In this document: positions 40,487 through 50,149 of the stretch, in pieces
Position numbering within the stretch: position 1 is the first letter of the stretch
How the letters are laid out: each line of letters opens with the position of its first letter
Assembly: GCA_007128005.1 (NCBI GenBank)
Contig: SKYF01000104.1
Location: forward strand, 1,232-65,231
DNA: 64,000 nt
Reading direction: 5' to 3'
Origin: Bdellovibrionales bacterium
GTDB taxonomy: Bacteria > Bdellovibrionota > Bdellovibrionia > Bdellovibrionales > UBA1609
Notes under the pieces: generated by a model
Told to the model about the DNA's origin: nothing
The model's database searches: none
The model's input: only the letters and a program-made list of their open reading frames with translations
Program-made: the position numbers and the translations under genes

Positions 40487-41145
40487 CATCCTCAGGATTT
40501 GCAGCAAAGCAAGGTCGAGCCGCAAGAGGAATGATTGCCTTGGATTTTCTATTTGCCCTGGTTCTTATAATGGGACTGACGAGCATACTGTTCTCCCTGG
40601 CCCTCACTCTGACCGCAGCCAGTATCACCCAGTACATCACCTATGCTTCCGCCAGACAATACTATGCCGCTCACTTGACAACTACAACCCAAACTCAGTT
40701 GGCGTTGGCAAAATACAACTCTCTTCTACAAAATCCCGCTCTCAGTGGCCTATACCGCATTGGCTGGTTTGAGGTGGGAAGAAATCCCCTGCCGGGAGAT
40801 ATGACTCAGGAAGATCTGGTGGGAATGGGCTATGAGCAACAGGGACAGAACAAACTGACTCGATTCATCGGCATTGCCACTCCCTTTACGGCCAAAATTC
40901 TTGACCGCAGTATTCCATTTTTAGGAGAAACTTACTCCGAGGATCTTGGTGCCTCGGCAAGGGAGCGATTTAAGATTTATATTGGCTCCTACCTTGGAAG
41001 AAGCCCTTCGCTCTATGAGTGTCAGACCTTTATGCGTCACGATGAGAGATTTCAAGCTATTCTCGACCTCAGCTCAGGGGCAGGCAAGTATGGAGATTTT
41101 ATTAACAATGTTGGCTATCACCTCATTTCGGACAACGGGTGCTAA
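40483..41145 (+). CDS. TadE/TadG-like minor pilin
   Basis: AARG|MIALDFLF (Asp at +5), hydrophobic helix, YASAR, two C-terminal Cys. Confidence 0.65.
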   Translation: MTSSGFAAKQGRAARGMIALDFLFALVLIMGLTSILFSLALTLTAASITQYITYASARQYYAAHLTTTTQTQLALAKYNSLLQNPALSGLYRIGWFEVGRNPLPGDMTQEDLVGMGYEQQGQNKLTRFIGIATPFTAKILDRSIPFLGETYSEDLGASARERFKIYIGSYLGRSPSLYECQTFMRHDERFQAILDLSSGAGKYGDFINNVGYHLISDNGC

Positions 41146-41146
41146 G

Positions 41147-41629
41147 ATGAAAGCCTATAAAGATTCAGAAAAAGGCATTGCCACCATTGAGATCCTGCCC
41201 CTCCTGATCGTCTTTGTCATTTTGATCAGCTATGGCTTAGGCCTCTACGGAGCTATCCACACGGCCATCCTCCACTCAATTGCGGCAAGATCCTATGCCT
41301 TTCACACCTTTAACTTTAGAGCCGACACCAGCCTGTTTAGCGACCGGGCGATCAACCAGGGATCTATTGTTCACTATCAGAATATTGGCTTTCGCACCCA
41401 CTTTATTGTGCGGGAGAATTACGACACTGGCGACCAAGTCATCCCCTCCGAGCGCCCCATTGCGGTGGGCCGACTGAGGGAGCCCGCTGAGGCTGGGGGC
41501 AACAAGGAGATTCTCCACAACGAGCGGGTGATGGCAATTTCAGGACGAAATCGAAATGTTGAAGTGGACCCCATGTGGATCATGGTGGCCTATGGTCTTT
41601 GTATTCGACAGTCCTGTGGGGGGGATTAG
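41147..41629 (+). CDS. TadE-like minor pilin
   Basis: MKAYKDSEKG|IATIEILPLL, SIAARSY, terminal CxxxxC. Start at ATG 41147. Confidence 0.72.
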   Translation: MKAYKDSEKGIATIEILPLLIVFVILISYGLGLYGAIHTAILHSIAARSYAFHTFNFRADTSLFSDRAINQGSIVHYQNIGFRTHFIVRENYDTGDQVIPSERPIAVGRLREPAEAGGNKEILHNERVMAISGRNRNVEVDPMWIMVAYGLCIRQSCGGD

Positions 41630-41632
41630 AAA

Positions 41633-42475
41633 ATGAATCACAATGAAACTCGTACACTTTGGATCAGCATTTTCGCAGCCCTGTTTGCCGTTTTCCTGCT
41701 CTATAGCTACACTCAGGAAAAGAGCTCACAGCTGACTCGCCAATTTGGGGCCAAGCAGAGAGTGGTCATTGCCGCTGTGGATATCAACGAAATGCAGACC
41801 ATTGATGAGACCATGCTCCAAATTGTTGAGCGTCCCATTGATTTTGTACAGCCCAGCGCCTTTACTAACCCTGAAGCCGTGGTGGGAATGGTGGCCCTGG
41901 CTCCCATTCGTAAAGATGAACAAGTCCTAGAAAATAAGGTGATGGAGCCTGGCCCTTTGACTGGGCTATCCCTTCAAGTGGCTCCCACCCGGCGGGCCGT
42001 CACCATCCCCATTGATGAGATGCGCGGAGTGGCCAAGCTGATTAAGCCTGGGGATAGAGTGGACATCATCGCCGCCCTGGATGTGGGTCGAGGAGTCAAT
42101 CAGCGCCGAGAGGTGAAGACTCTAATGCAGGATGTAGTGATTCTGGCGACAGGCCTTCGTGTGGTCCATGAGCTACCCCGCCTGTACGAACTTCAGGGGC
42201 GTTCGGAATATGTGAGAAACCTGCGGGCCGACACCAACTTCTCAACCATTACCATTGAGGCCAGCCCCAAAGAGGCCCAGGATCTCATCTATATACTTTC
42301 AACATCACCGGCCTCCCTGTTTTTAACCCTGAGGCACCCCAGCGATCACCAGAAGTCCACACTTCCAGCAAGCACCATTGAGAGCGTTCTAGGCCAGGTC
42401 AATCCACCAGCTCTGCAGCAGGGGATACGCCAACCCGCAGCCAGTCCTGCAGGTCAGCCTAGGAGAGGAAGATAA
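41633..42475 (+). CDS. cpaB: Flp pilus assembly protein CpaB/RcpC
   Basis: SAF-like VVIAAVDI, RRAVTIPID, GVAKLIKPGDRVDII, QDVVILATG. Confidence 0.9.
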   Translation: MNHNETRTLWISIFAALFAVFLLYSYTQEKSSQLTRQFGAKQRVVIAAVDINEMQTIDETMLQIVERPIDFVQPSAFTNPEAVVGMVALAPIRKDEQVLENKVMEPGPLTGLSLQVAPTRRAVTIPIDEMRGVAKLIKPGDRVDIIAALDVGRGVNQRREVKTLMQDVVILATGLRVVHELPRLYELQGRSEYVRNLRADTNFSTITIEASPKEAQDLIYILSTSPASLFLTLRHPSDHQKSTLPASTIESVLGQVNPPALQQGIRQPAASPAGQPRRGR

Positions 42476-43944
42476 TGAGATTTTTATTACTTATATTTTT
42501 TATAATTCCCAGCCTGTCTGTGGCTCAAGCCAATAGATCAGGAACTGAAACCCGGGATATAGATCTCTATGTGGGACTACCTCACGATGAAACTCTTCCT
42601 CGTCTTCCTGGAAGCTTTGACCTCAGTGGTACCTATCGCTCGGTGACGCGAATTGAAACCCGACGAGGACAAAGCCAGCTGAGGTTTGTACCCACCAAAG
42701 AGGGCATTGGAACGGTTATTATTAAGGACAAAAACACCGGACAGATCGTCTATCAGCTCACTGTCAGAGTGGGCAAAACTGACCTGCAGCGAGTGGCTCG
42801 CGAAATCAGAAGCCTTCTGTCCACTATCGAGGGTGTTACTGTTCGAGTTTTGAACAACCGAGTCGTGGTCGATGGCCAAATCTTGCTTCCTTCGGATATG
42901 AAACGAATTCACAGTGTGGTCAAACAGTACGGTCCCCTGGCCACAACCCTAGTGACCCTAAGCCCCATTGCACAAAACAAGATTGCCGAGATCATTGAAA
43001 GAGACATCAACAATCCAGAAATCTACGTTCGAGCTGTCAACGGCAAATTTATCCTCGATGGAATGGCCAATAGCCCTGAGGAGAGAGATCGAGCTGAAAT
43101 TATAGCTAAGATGTATGTCCCCGACGTGGTGGTGGAAGAAGCCGTAGCCGATAAGAGGGTGTTGGAGCGAAGAACGGATGTCGTGATCAATTTAATCAAG
43201 ATCAAACAGGCCGCCGCTCCCGAACCAGAGAAGATCATCCAAATGGTGATTCACTTTGTGGAGCTGCAAAAGGATTACACCAGAGGCTTTCGCTTTCAGT
43301 GGACACCAGATATTGGCGATGGCTCTACCCTTCAATTCTCAACAGGAGGACGCTCTCCCGGAGGACTTGTGGGGACACTGACGGGAACCATCTCCAACCT
43401 GCTTCCTAAGCTCAACTGGGCCAAGCAACATGGCTTTGCCAGAGTCCTACAGAGTTCAAGTCTGATTGTCCAAGATGGCCGCCAGGGCACCCTGAACTCT
43501 CTGACCCGAGTCCCCTATCAGGTGATCAGCGCCACCGGTCAGCCGGGAACCAACTTTGAGGAAGTGGGCTTGAGAACCAATATCACTCCTCAGGTAATGG
43601 GGGCGCGGTCTGACAGCGTACGACTCGATATGAACTTTTCCGTCAAAAATCTGCTCAGCTACACAGACCAAGGTCCTCTGACCTCAAGTCGAGAGATCAA
43701 CACCATGATACATGTGCGCAGCGGCCAAAGTGCGGCCGTTGGGGGTCTTATTTCCAGCGACACGGGCACAAACTACAACAAACTGCCCTCCAATGCCTCG
43801 CAGAACCCGATCTTTAGCCTCTACGCCTCAAGGGACTTCCGCAACAATCAAAGCCAGTTTGTGGTCTTTGTCACTCCGAGCATTCGAGCCTCGGCCAGTC
43901 AGGGATCAGATCGAATCAAGCAGAAGTTCCGCCTCCCAGACTAA
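42475..43944 (+). CDS. cpaC: CpaC/RcpA-like secretin with BON-like N-domains
   Basis: Signal peptide; C-terminal secretin motifs ARVLQSSSL, VRSGQSAAVGGLI, VVFVTPSI. Confidence 0.8.
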   Translation: MRFLLLIFFIIPSLSVAQANRSGTETRDIDLYVGLPHDETLPRLPGSFDLSGTYRSVTRIETRRGQSQLRFVPTKEGIGTVIIKDKNTGQIVYQLTVRVGKTDLQRVAREIRSLLSTIEGVTVRVLNNRVVVDGQILLPSDMKRIHSVVKQYGPLATTLVTLSPIAQNKIAEIIERDINNPEIYVRAVNGKFILDGMANSPEERDRAEIIAKMYVPDVVVEEAVADKRVLERRTDVVINLIKIKQAAAPEPEKIIQMVIHFVELQKDYTRGFRFQWTPDIGDGSTLQFSTGGRSPGGLVGTLTGTISNLLPKLNWAKQHGFARVLQSSSLIVQDGRQGTLNSLTRVPYQVISATGQPGTNFEEVGLRTNITPQVMGARSDSVRLDMNFSVKNLLSYTDQGPLTSSREINTMIHVRSGQSAAVGGLISSDTGTNYNKLPSNASQNPIFSLYASRDFRNNQSQFVVFVTPSIRASASQGSDRIKQKFRLPD

Positions 43945-43969
43945 AGCCCTAGCTAAACCCATAACTTCT

Positions 43970-43996
43970 TAAAGAACTTCCTAGAAACGCCGATAG
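43970..43996 (+). promoter_or_regulatory. Sigma28 (FliA)-like internal promoter
   Basis: TAAA-N15-GCCGATAG, close to the consensus TAAA-N15-GCCGATAA, 14 nt before the fusion ATPase start. Confidence 0.7.
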
Positions 43997-44010
43997 GAAA
44001 ACCTGGAGGT

Positions 44011-46287
44011 GTGGCTGTGGCTCTACATCAAAACTGTCACCTAATCGGTGTTGTTGGCGGCAAGGGCGGGGTGGGAAAAAGCGTTTTTGCGGCCAATTTA
44101 GCCTGCGCCACCCTTCTTGAGATGCGAGCCAAGACCCTACTGATTGATCTAGACGCCAAGAGCTGCGGTGATCAAAGCATTATCTTGGGACTTCGCCCTC
44201 CCAAAAACATTATGGACATCACCAACTCTTCTGTTGCCGTGAACCCTCAGTCCTTGAGCAGCTTGGTAGGACAGCACCCCTCGGGGCTATCCTATATCAG
44301 TGCGGTCAGCAGCCCAGATCAGAGCTTGAATGTGGCCCCAGACCTACTGCGCAAACAGATTTTTTCCCTCAGCCATTTCTACAGCTTTATTATTGTGGAC
44401 CTGGGCTGTGATATCACCCCCGCACAGATGGCCATATTTCAAGATGCCAGTGCCGTTGTCTTGGTCACCACTCCCGAAGTATTGGTTGTCAATCAGACCC
44501 GTAAGCTGCTCAATGACATGATGGCCGCCACCCTTCCTGCTGAACTCTTTCAGGTGGTTTTAAACAAAGTCAGTCGCACCGGTTTAGATCCAAGGGCAAT
44601 TTCTCAAAGTCTCGGGCGGCCCATCATCGGATCCATACCCCAAGACGATATCACCGCCTACGCAGCTCTTCAGCGCTCCACTCCCTTTGTCATTGGGGCT
44701 CCCAACACTCCACTCAGCGCCGCGCACCACGAAGTGGTCCGCCGTCTGACAGGGGGTATCTTACAGAAACTCAAGGCTTTGAGCCGACCCCAACTGAAAT
44801 TTGGCTCTGAGAAGGCAGGAGGCTCCTCCGGCAAGTCCCTACCCACAAAAACTTCAGAGGGGCCTGCCACGAGGAGGGGGGTGTCCTCTGGCAAACAGCG
44901 AGACCCCATCACCCTACTCAAGCTGCAAATCCATAGCGAGCTGATCAAGGAGATGGATCTGAAGAAGGATGTCTCCAACACTCAAGGCGACCCCGAAAAG
45001 GAAAAAGAACTTAGACAAAAAACCCAGAGAGTCATCACTCAGGTGACCGACAAGCTGGGACAGGGTCTCTCCCGAGAGGAGCGCTCACGAGTGATTAAGG
45101 AAGTCCTGGATGAATCTTTGGGTCTAGGCCCCCTAGAGGACCTTCTGGCAGACCCCACAGTCACTGAGATTATGGTGAATGGAGCTGACAAGATCTATAT
45201 GGAAAAAAATGGCAAATTGACCTTGAGCCAAATCACCTTTACTTCGAATCTGCAACTGCGCAATGTGATTGAGAGAATCGTAACCCCCTTAGGGCGACGA
45301 ATTGATGAAAAGACCCCTTATGTGGATGCCAGGCTTGCTGACGGCAGCAGGGTCAATGCTGTCATCGAGCCCCTGTCCATTGATGGGCCAGCTGTCACTA
45401 TCCGTAAATTTCCCCAGGACCGCATCACGGCTGACGACTATGTCACACGCTTCAACTCTATGACCAAGCCGATGGTTGATTTTCTGAGAATCTGCATCGA
45501 ACAGGGCTTGAATGTGATTATATCTGGCGGCACGGGCTCCGGTAAAACAACTCTGCTCAATGTGCTTTCCGGCTTTATTCCGAGCAATGAGCGAATCATC
45601 ACCGTTGAAGACGCCGCCGAACTCCAGCTCAAACAGGAGCATGTGGTTCGGTTGGAAACTCGTCCCGCCAATATGGAGGGCACTGGGGAAATCTCGATCC
45701 GCGACCTGATCCGCAATTCTCTGAGGATGCGCCCGGACCGGATCGTGGTGGGCGAGTGTCGCGATGGGGCCGCACTCGACATGCTTGCAGCTATGAACAC
45801 CGGCCACGATGGTTCAATGACCACGGTTCACTCCAACAGCCCAAAGGAGGCCGTCAGCCGCCTGGAAACTCTGTGTCTGATGGCTGGAATGGAGTTGCCT
45901 GCCAAGGCTATCCGGGAGCAGATTTCTGGAGCCGTTGATTTGATCATTCAAATCAGTCGTCTCAGTGATGGCAGTAGAAAGATCACCAGTATCACCGAGG
46001 TCGTCGGCATGCAGGGCGATGCCATCACCCTTCAAGAGATCTTTCGCTTTAAAGAAGAGGGCTTTGATAAAAACCGAAAAATCATTGGCCGCTTTCAGCC
46101 CATGGGATTGATTCCCACATTTATTGAAAAATTTGAGCAGCGAGGTGTGATGATCCCTAGAAATCTCTTTACAGGGGAGGCCGGCGGTGGAGCCACGCAG
46201 ACTCCCTCTGGGCAAAAGCCAGGACCCCCACGATTCACTCCAGGAGCTCGCCCCCCGCTTAAGAAAGCCAGTGGAGGGGATAGCTGA
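44011..46287 (+). CDS. Fused CpaE/TadZ (MinD-like) and CpaF/TadA pilus ATPase
   Basis: N-terminal GGKGGVGKS with IDLD; C-terminal [36 protein letters not shown]. Confidence 0.9.
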   Translation: MAVALHQNCHLIGVVGGKGGVGKSVFAANLACATLLEMRAKTLLIDLDAKSCGDQSIILGLRPPKNIMDITNSSVAVNPQSLSSLVGQHPSGLSYISAVSSPDQSLNVAPDLLRKQIFSLSHFYSFIIVDLGCDITPAQMAIFQDASAVVLVTTPEVLVVNQTRKLLNDMMAATLPAELFQVVLNKVSRTGLDPRAISQSLGRPIIGSIPQDDITAYAALQRSTPFVIGAPNTPLSAAHHEVVRRLTGGILQKLKALSRPQLKFGSEKAGGSSGKSLPTKTSEGPATRRGVSSGKQRDPITLLKLQIHSELIKEMDLKKDVSNTQGDPEKEKELRQKTQRVITQVTDKLGQGLSREERSRVIKEVLDESLGLGPLEDLLADPTVTEIMVNGADKIYMEKNGKLTLSQITFTSNLQLRNVIERIVTPLGRRIDEKTPYVDARLADGSRVNAVIEPLSIDGPAVTIRKFPQDRITADDYVTRFNSMTKPMVDFLRICIEQGLNVIISGGTGSGKTTLLNVLSGFIPSNERIITVEDAAELQLKQEHVVRLETRPANMEGTGEISIRDLIRNSLRMRPDRIVVGECRDGAALDMLAAMNTGHDGSMTTVHSNSPKEAVSRLETLCLMAGMELPAKAIREQISGAVDLIIQISRLSDGSRKITSITEVVGMQGDAITLQEIFRFKEEGFDKNRKIIGRFQPMGLIPTFIEKFEQRGVMIPRNLFTGEAGGGATQTPSGQKPGPPRFTPGARPPLKKASGGDS

Positions 46288-47168
46288 TGGTCAACTTCCT
46301 CGTCAGTAATGAGTTCTTGCTGATCCCCCTTTTCGCTGTGGCTGTCTTTGTGGTCTCCTATCTGAATCTTGACCGCATCCTTGATTTTCTACACCGCAAG
46401 AGCCTCGGCAGTCGGGAAGAGGTTTTGCGCCTAATGGACTTGATGTTCGTAGAGACCGACCGCAATAAAGTGACTCTTGCCATGCTGCTGATGAGCTTTG
46501 GACTCGGGGCTTTGTTTTTTTTGGTGGCTTGGCCCAATATCCTTGCAGGTTTCTTTTTTGGTAGTCTCATCACTATGATGGGCTGGTCCGTGCCCAAACT
46601 AGTGATCACGGCCCTTTGGCAGAATCGATGCAATACAGTTGTTGACCAGATGGTCGATGGTCTTACGATCATGGCCAATGGAGTCAAATCGGGTCTAAGT
46701 GTCACTCAGTCCATGGAGAGAGTGGTGGAGAGTATGGGAGGACCCTTAGGCCAGGAGTTTGGTCTTGTCCTCAAAAAAATTCGCCTTGGGATGACTTTAG
46801 AGGAAGCGCTCACTGAGTTTGCCGAACGCGTCCCTCAACAGGACGTTCAAATGTTTGTCACTGGCGTCAATATCCTTAAGGAAACTGGTGGGAATCTGGC
46901 TGAAACCTTTCAGACCATTGTGACGACAATCCGTGAGCGGCAAAAAATCCATAAAAAGATTAAGGCCATGACCCAAATGGCTACCACCCAGGCCATCATC
47001 ATTGTGATGGTGCCTTTTGTCCTGCTCGGTATCTTTGCCGTGGCAGACCCGGCCTACGTCAAGCCCCTTTTCACCTCGGTTTTAGGCTGGATTGCCCTGC
47101 TTTTAATACTCTTTTTGCAAGTAATCGGTGGAGTATTTATGAAAAAAATTGTTACAATTAAAGTGTAA
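46287..47168 (+). CDS. tadB: TadB (T2SSF family)
   Basis: IMANGVKSGLS, PLGQEF, ETGGNLAE, TIRER; multiple TM segments. Confidence 0.88.
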   Translation: MVNFLVSNEFLLIPLFAVAVFVVSYLNLDRILDFLHRKSLGSREEVLRLMDLMFVETDRNKVTLAMLLMSFGLGALFFLVAWPNILAGFFFGSLITMMGWSVPKLVITALWQNRCNTVVDQMVDGLTIMANGVKSGLSVTQSMERVVESMGGPLGQEFGLVLKKIRLGMTLEEALTEFAERVPQQDVQMFVTGVNILKETGGNLAETFQTIVTTIRERQKIHKKIKAMTQMATTQAIIIVMVPFVLLGIFAVADPAYVKPLFTSVLGWIALLLILFLQVIGGVFMKKIVTIKV

Positions 47169-47193
47169 GCGACAGTTCCTAAAGGAGTTAAAC

Positions 47194-48972
47194 ATGAAGT
47201 TTAATCTGCTCTTGTCCACGGTTTTTGGACTCTTTGTCTCTCAGGCCGCTCTTGGCCTTGTGGATATGAAAAATGCCAACTTTTCCACTACCTTTACGGA
47301 CATCCAAGTCCCTGGGTCGGGCTATGACCTGCGCATTCAGCGCACCTACAACAGCCGCACGATCTTTAGCGGAATTTTTGGCTATGGCTGGTGCTCAGAC
47401 TTTGAGACCAAGCTTCAGGTCACCGCTGAGGGCAACCTCATGGTCACCGAATGTGGTGGGGGACTGGAGATCAACTATACGGCTCAGGATTTTGACCCAA
47501 AGGCTGTGGGCAACACCATCAATACCATTCTCGCAGAAGTAAAAAAGCGCAACCCCAGTATGAGCGAGCAGGCCCTCAATAAGCTTCGCGAGGAAATGCA
47601 GACCAACCAGTTTTTAAGGGAAGAGTTTGCCAGACAGTTAAATCTCACTGGACAAGCCAGTCCGGGAACGAGGTATTCAGCAAGTGGCCGAGAAAGTGAA
47701 AATATCGTCCTGCGCGAAGGGGTTTACGTTCGCACACTTGATGATGGAAGTTTTGAGCGATTCAATCAAAATGGTCAGCTGATCCAGCTCAATGACCGAG
47801 CCGGAAACTACTTAAAAGTCGACTGGAATAACAACCAAATCACCCGCATCACTGACAACAATGGGCGCCAGCTAGTCTTTCACTACGATCCCAAGACAAG
47901 GCGAGTGGCTCGCATTACAGGCCCTGGAGAGCTCAGAGCCACTTATAAATTTGATAGTGAGAACCTGACTGAGGTCACCAATGCATGGAATGAGACCTTC
48001 AAATATAGGTATGATGATCTCCACAATATCGTGCGCATTGACTATCCGGACAAGACTTACCAGGAATTGAGGTACAATAGAGATCGAGATTGGGTGGTTG
48101 GTTTTAGGGATCGCCGGGGCTGCGTTGAAACCTACAATTATGAATCCAACCCCAGAGACCCTAACAATCACTTCTGGTCCACTGTCCAAAAGAAGTGTGG
48201 GGACGAAGTGGTCAACAACAGCCGCTATGAATTTTGGCACAGACCACGAACCGATGGGCCCGGACAGTATCTGCATCGCGTGCGCTCAGATAACAACGGT
48301 GTGATTACAGATATTGTCTACCACCCGGTTTTTGGACTGCCACTTTCAATTGTGAGGAATTCCGAGCGAACAACTTACACCTATAGAAACAACGGACAGG
48401 TGGCGACTAAAGAGGAACCTTTCCGGCATACGACTTTTGCTTATAAAAATCGGTGCAACAAGGTCTCAGACGTCCTCGTCCGCTATTTGGGGCCCGCGGA
48501 GGATCAACTGACCCCCGCCCAAAGGGCTCAGTTGCAGCAACAAAGAGAGGCCGCCAGTGTTGAGGGCAAAGGCAAAGCCACAGCTAAAGCCAGAGCAGAG
48601 ACTTTTCAGGGGCGCGAGGTCTTGAAGACAATCAGAACTCAATACGAGTACAACCATCCCCGTTGCTTTTTGGTCAGAGCAAGAAACTCAGAGGGTCAAA
48701 ATATCACCTTGGCCTATGATGGACGAGGACGCATCAACCGCATTCGCGATCAAGCTCGTAGGGAAATACGGATTGACTATGAGGAGCGCTTTGGCAAGCC
48801 CTCACGGGTGCACCGTCCGGGAATGGGGACCATGGTTGTGACCTACGGCCCTGACGGTGAGATCACCAATGTGGACAGTAAGGAGGGGCCCACCGTAGCC
48901 CTTCAGGTGGCAACTGTATTTAACGGCTTATTGGAAATGATCGCCCCCGCAGTGGGCGACACAAATATATAG
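47194..48972 (+). CDS. Secreted RHS/YD-repeat protein without toxin tip (Bd0109-like position)
   Basis: Signal peptide, RTYNSR...FGYGW (DUF6531-like), YD repeats (YRYDDLH, AYDGRG). RBS AAGGAG before ATG 47194. Confidence 0.85.
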   Translation: MKFNLLLSTVFGLFVSQAALGLVDMKNANFSTTFTDIQVPGSGYDLRIQRTYNSRTIFSGIFGYGWCSDFETKLQVTAEGNLMVTECGGGLEINYTAQDFDPKAVGNTINTILAEVKKRNPSMSEQALNKLREEMQTNQFLREEFARQLNLTGQASPGTRYSASGRESENIVLREGVYVRTLDDGSFERFNQNGQLIQLNDRAGNYLKVDWNNNQITRITDNNGRQLVFHYDPKTRRVARITGPGELRATYKFDSENLTEVTNAWNETFKYRYDDLHNIVRIDYPDKTYQELRYNRDRDWVVGFRDRRGCVETYNYESNPRDPNNHFWSTVQKKCGDEVVNNSRYEFWHRPRTDGPGQYLHRVRSDNNGVITDIVYHPVFGLPLSIVRNSERTTYTYRNNGQVATKEEPFRHTTFAYKNRCNKVSDVLVRYLGPAEDQLTPAQRAQLQQQREAASVEGKGKATAKARAETFQGREVLKTIRTQYEYNHPRCFLVRARNSEGQNITLAYDGRGRINRIRDQARREIRIDYEERFGKPSRVHRPGMGTMVVTYGPDGEITNVDSKEGPTVALQVATVFNGLLEMIAPAVGDTNI

Positions 48973-49007
48973 ATTTTAATTTTTTGACTCTAAGGAGATA
49001 GAACAAT

Positions 49008-49361
49008 ATGAGATCCTCCCCTTTCCACTCAGTGCTTATCGCCACCTTGACTCTGATAGTTTTTCTCTCAGGACAGCTCGCCTTCGGCCAGCAACAGTCC
49101 TCTCGGCGGGGAGCTCCAGGTTCAACCGCCCAACAGGAACTCGATAGATATAGGGGGGGGCCCTCCAACCAGGATCTGTCCGGTCCACAGACCTACGCCG
49201 TCAGCACTGACCAGGATTCCTGCACCGATAAGAGATACTGCCAGGGACGGGTCAACTCCACCGGAAGATTTCACAGCCAAAGCAGAGCCATGGAGCAAGT
49301 CAGACTTTATTTGGGTGAGGGCGCAAAACCTGGTCCAGACGGCTCAGAGACAGTTGAGTAG
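49008..49361 (+). CDS. Small secreted low-complexity protein; positional counterpart of the Bdellovibrio Hit protein
   Basis: AAGGAG RBS, signal peptide (AFG), polar G/S/Q/R-rich mature region with two Cys, directly after the RHS gene. Confidence 0.65.
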   Translation: MRSSPFHSVLIATLTLIVFLSGQLAFGQQQSSRRGAPGSTAQQELDRYRGGPSNQDLSGPQTYAVSTDQDSCTDKRYCQGRVNSTGRFHSQSRAMEQVRLYLGEGAKPGPDGSETVE

Positions 49362-49381
49362 CTCCGGTACAGTCGGCCAAT

Positions 49382-49443
49382 AGTGTCTCAAGATGAGACA
49401 CTGGGCTCAAGAGCGTCCCTGCACTGTCGAATATCTGGACAGT
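49382..49443. promoter_or_regulatory. Paired TGTC-N9-GACA palindromes (candidate activator sites)
   Basis: AGTGTCTCA-AGA-TGAGACACT (49382-49402) and ACTGTCGAATATCTGGACAGT (49423-49443). Confidence 0.65.
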
Positions 49444-49514
49444 TTACAGCCTAGATGAAATTATAAATGCTTAATTTTATTATGATTTTTGTGTCTCCCC
49501 TCACTGTCTAGAGG

Positions 49515-49530
49515 TGGCACACTTCTGGCT
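49515..49530 (+). promoter_or_regulatory. Sigma54 -24/-12 promoter
   Basis: TGGCACACTTCTGGCT with correct GG-N10-GC spacing, downstream of the palindromes and an AT-rich tract. Confidence 0.6.
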
Positions 49531-49571
49531 ATAGAGTAAGGTAAGTGCTCATTAAAGGAAAGGAGCTGAAT

Positions 49572-49811
49572 ATGAAAACCTCAACTCTACTGATAGCCCT
49601 GATGTTAGGTTTGGCTGCAGGACCTGCCATGGCGGCCTCCCATAATAACCTTCAAGCTGTGAATGGAAAAGGTGCTGACAACTGCCCCTACAAAGCCGCT
49701 GCATCCAGAGATGAAAACCGAGCTCAGGCAAGAGAGCTAGCCTCAAGGTTGATCCAGCCTGGCCGCCCTCAATCTCGCCAACAGCAAAACTCTCGCACTA
49801 TTCGCAATTAA
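49572..49811 (+). CDS. Small secreted protein
   Basis: AAGGAG RBS, MKTSTLL...AMA signal peptide, one Cys (NCPY), R/Q-rich tail. Confidence 0.7.
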   Translation: MKTSTLLIALMLGLAAGPAMAASHNNLQAVNGKGADNCPYKAAASRDENRAQARELASRLIQPGRPQSRQQQNSRTIRN

Positions 49812-50149
49812 GGCTCTTGTTCCAGCTGATCTTCTTGAAAAAAGAAGTCCGTTGAGCCTTGGTAAAGCTCCTGTGCCTGGCTCTTGAGATATTGACTGCT
49901 GCGCTCAAGTTTGAGTTCAAGTCGTCGCTGAGTGGCCTGTGTGGTACGAGTTGTGGCTTTCCCCCAAAGGTTTTGCACAAGCAACACTGCTCCCTGAGCC
50001 ACCGACTCCACAGGTTGCACCAGACTCGATTGGCGAGCCCAGCTCAAGGCCCTCTCCTCTAGAGTCTGGGGGCCAATTCTTATCTGCAGCAATATAATAA
50101 TAAAAAATGTAAGTGCTATACTTTTAAAGAAAAAAAATAGACTTCCCAT
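49808..50149 (-). CDS. Hypothetical membrane protein
   Basis: N-terminal TM segment; translationally coupled to the cheY-like gene. Confidence 0.65.
   Translation of the reverse strand: MGSLFFFFKSIALTFFIIILLQIRIGPQTLEERALSWARQSSLVQPVESVAQGAVLLVQNLWGKATTRTTQATQRRLELKLERSSQYLKSQAQELYQGSTDFFFQEDQLEQEP

Noticed and set aside
47194..49361. RHS toxin-immunity pair
   Set aside because: No RHS core terminal motif or toxin domain is visible; the context fits a pilus-associated module better.
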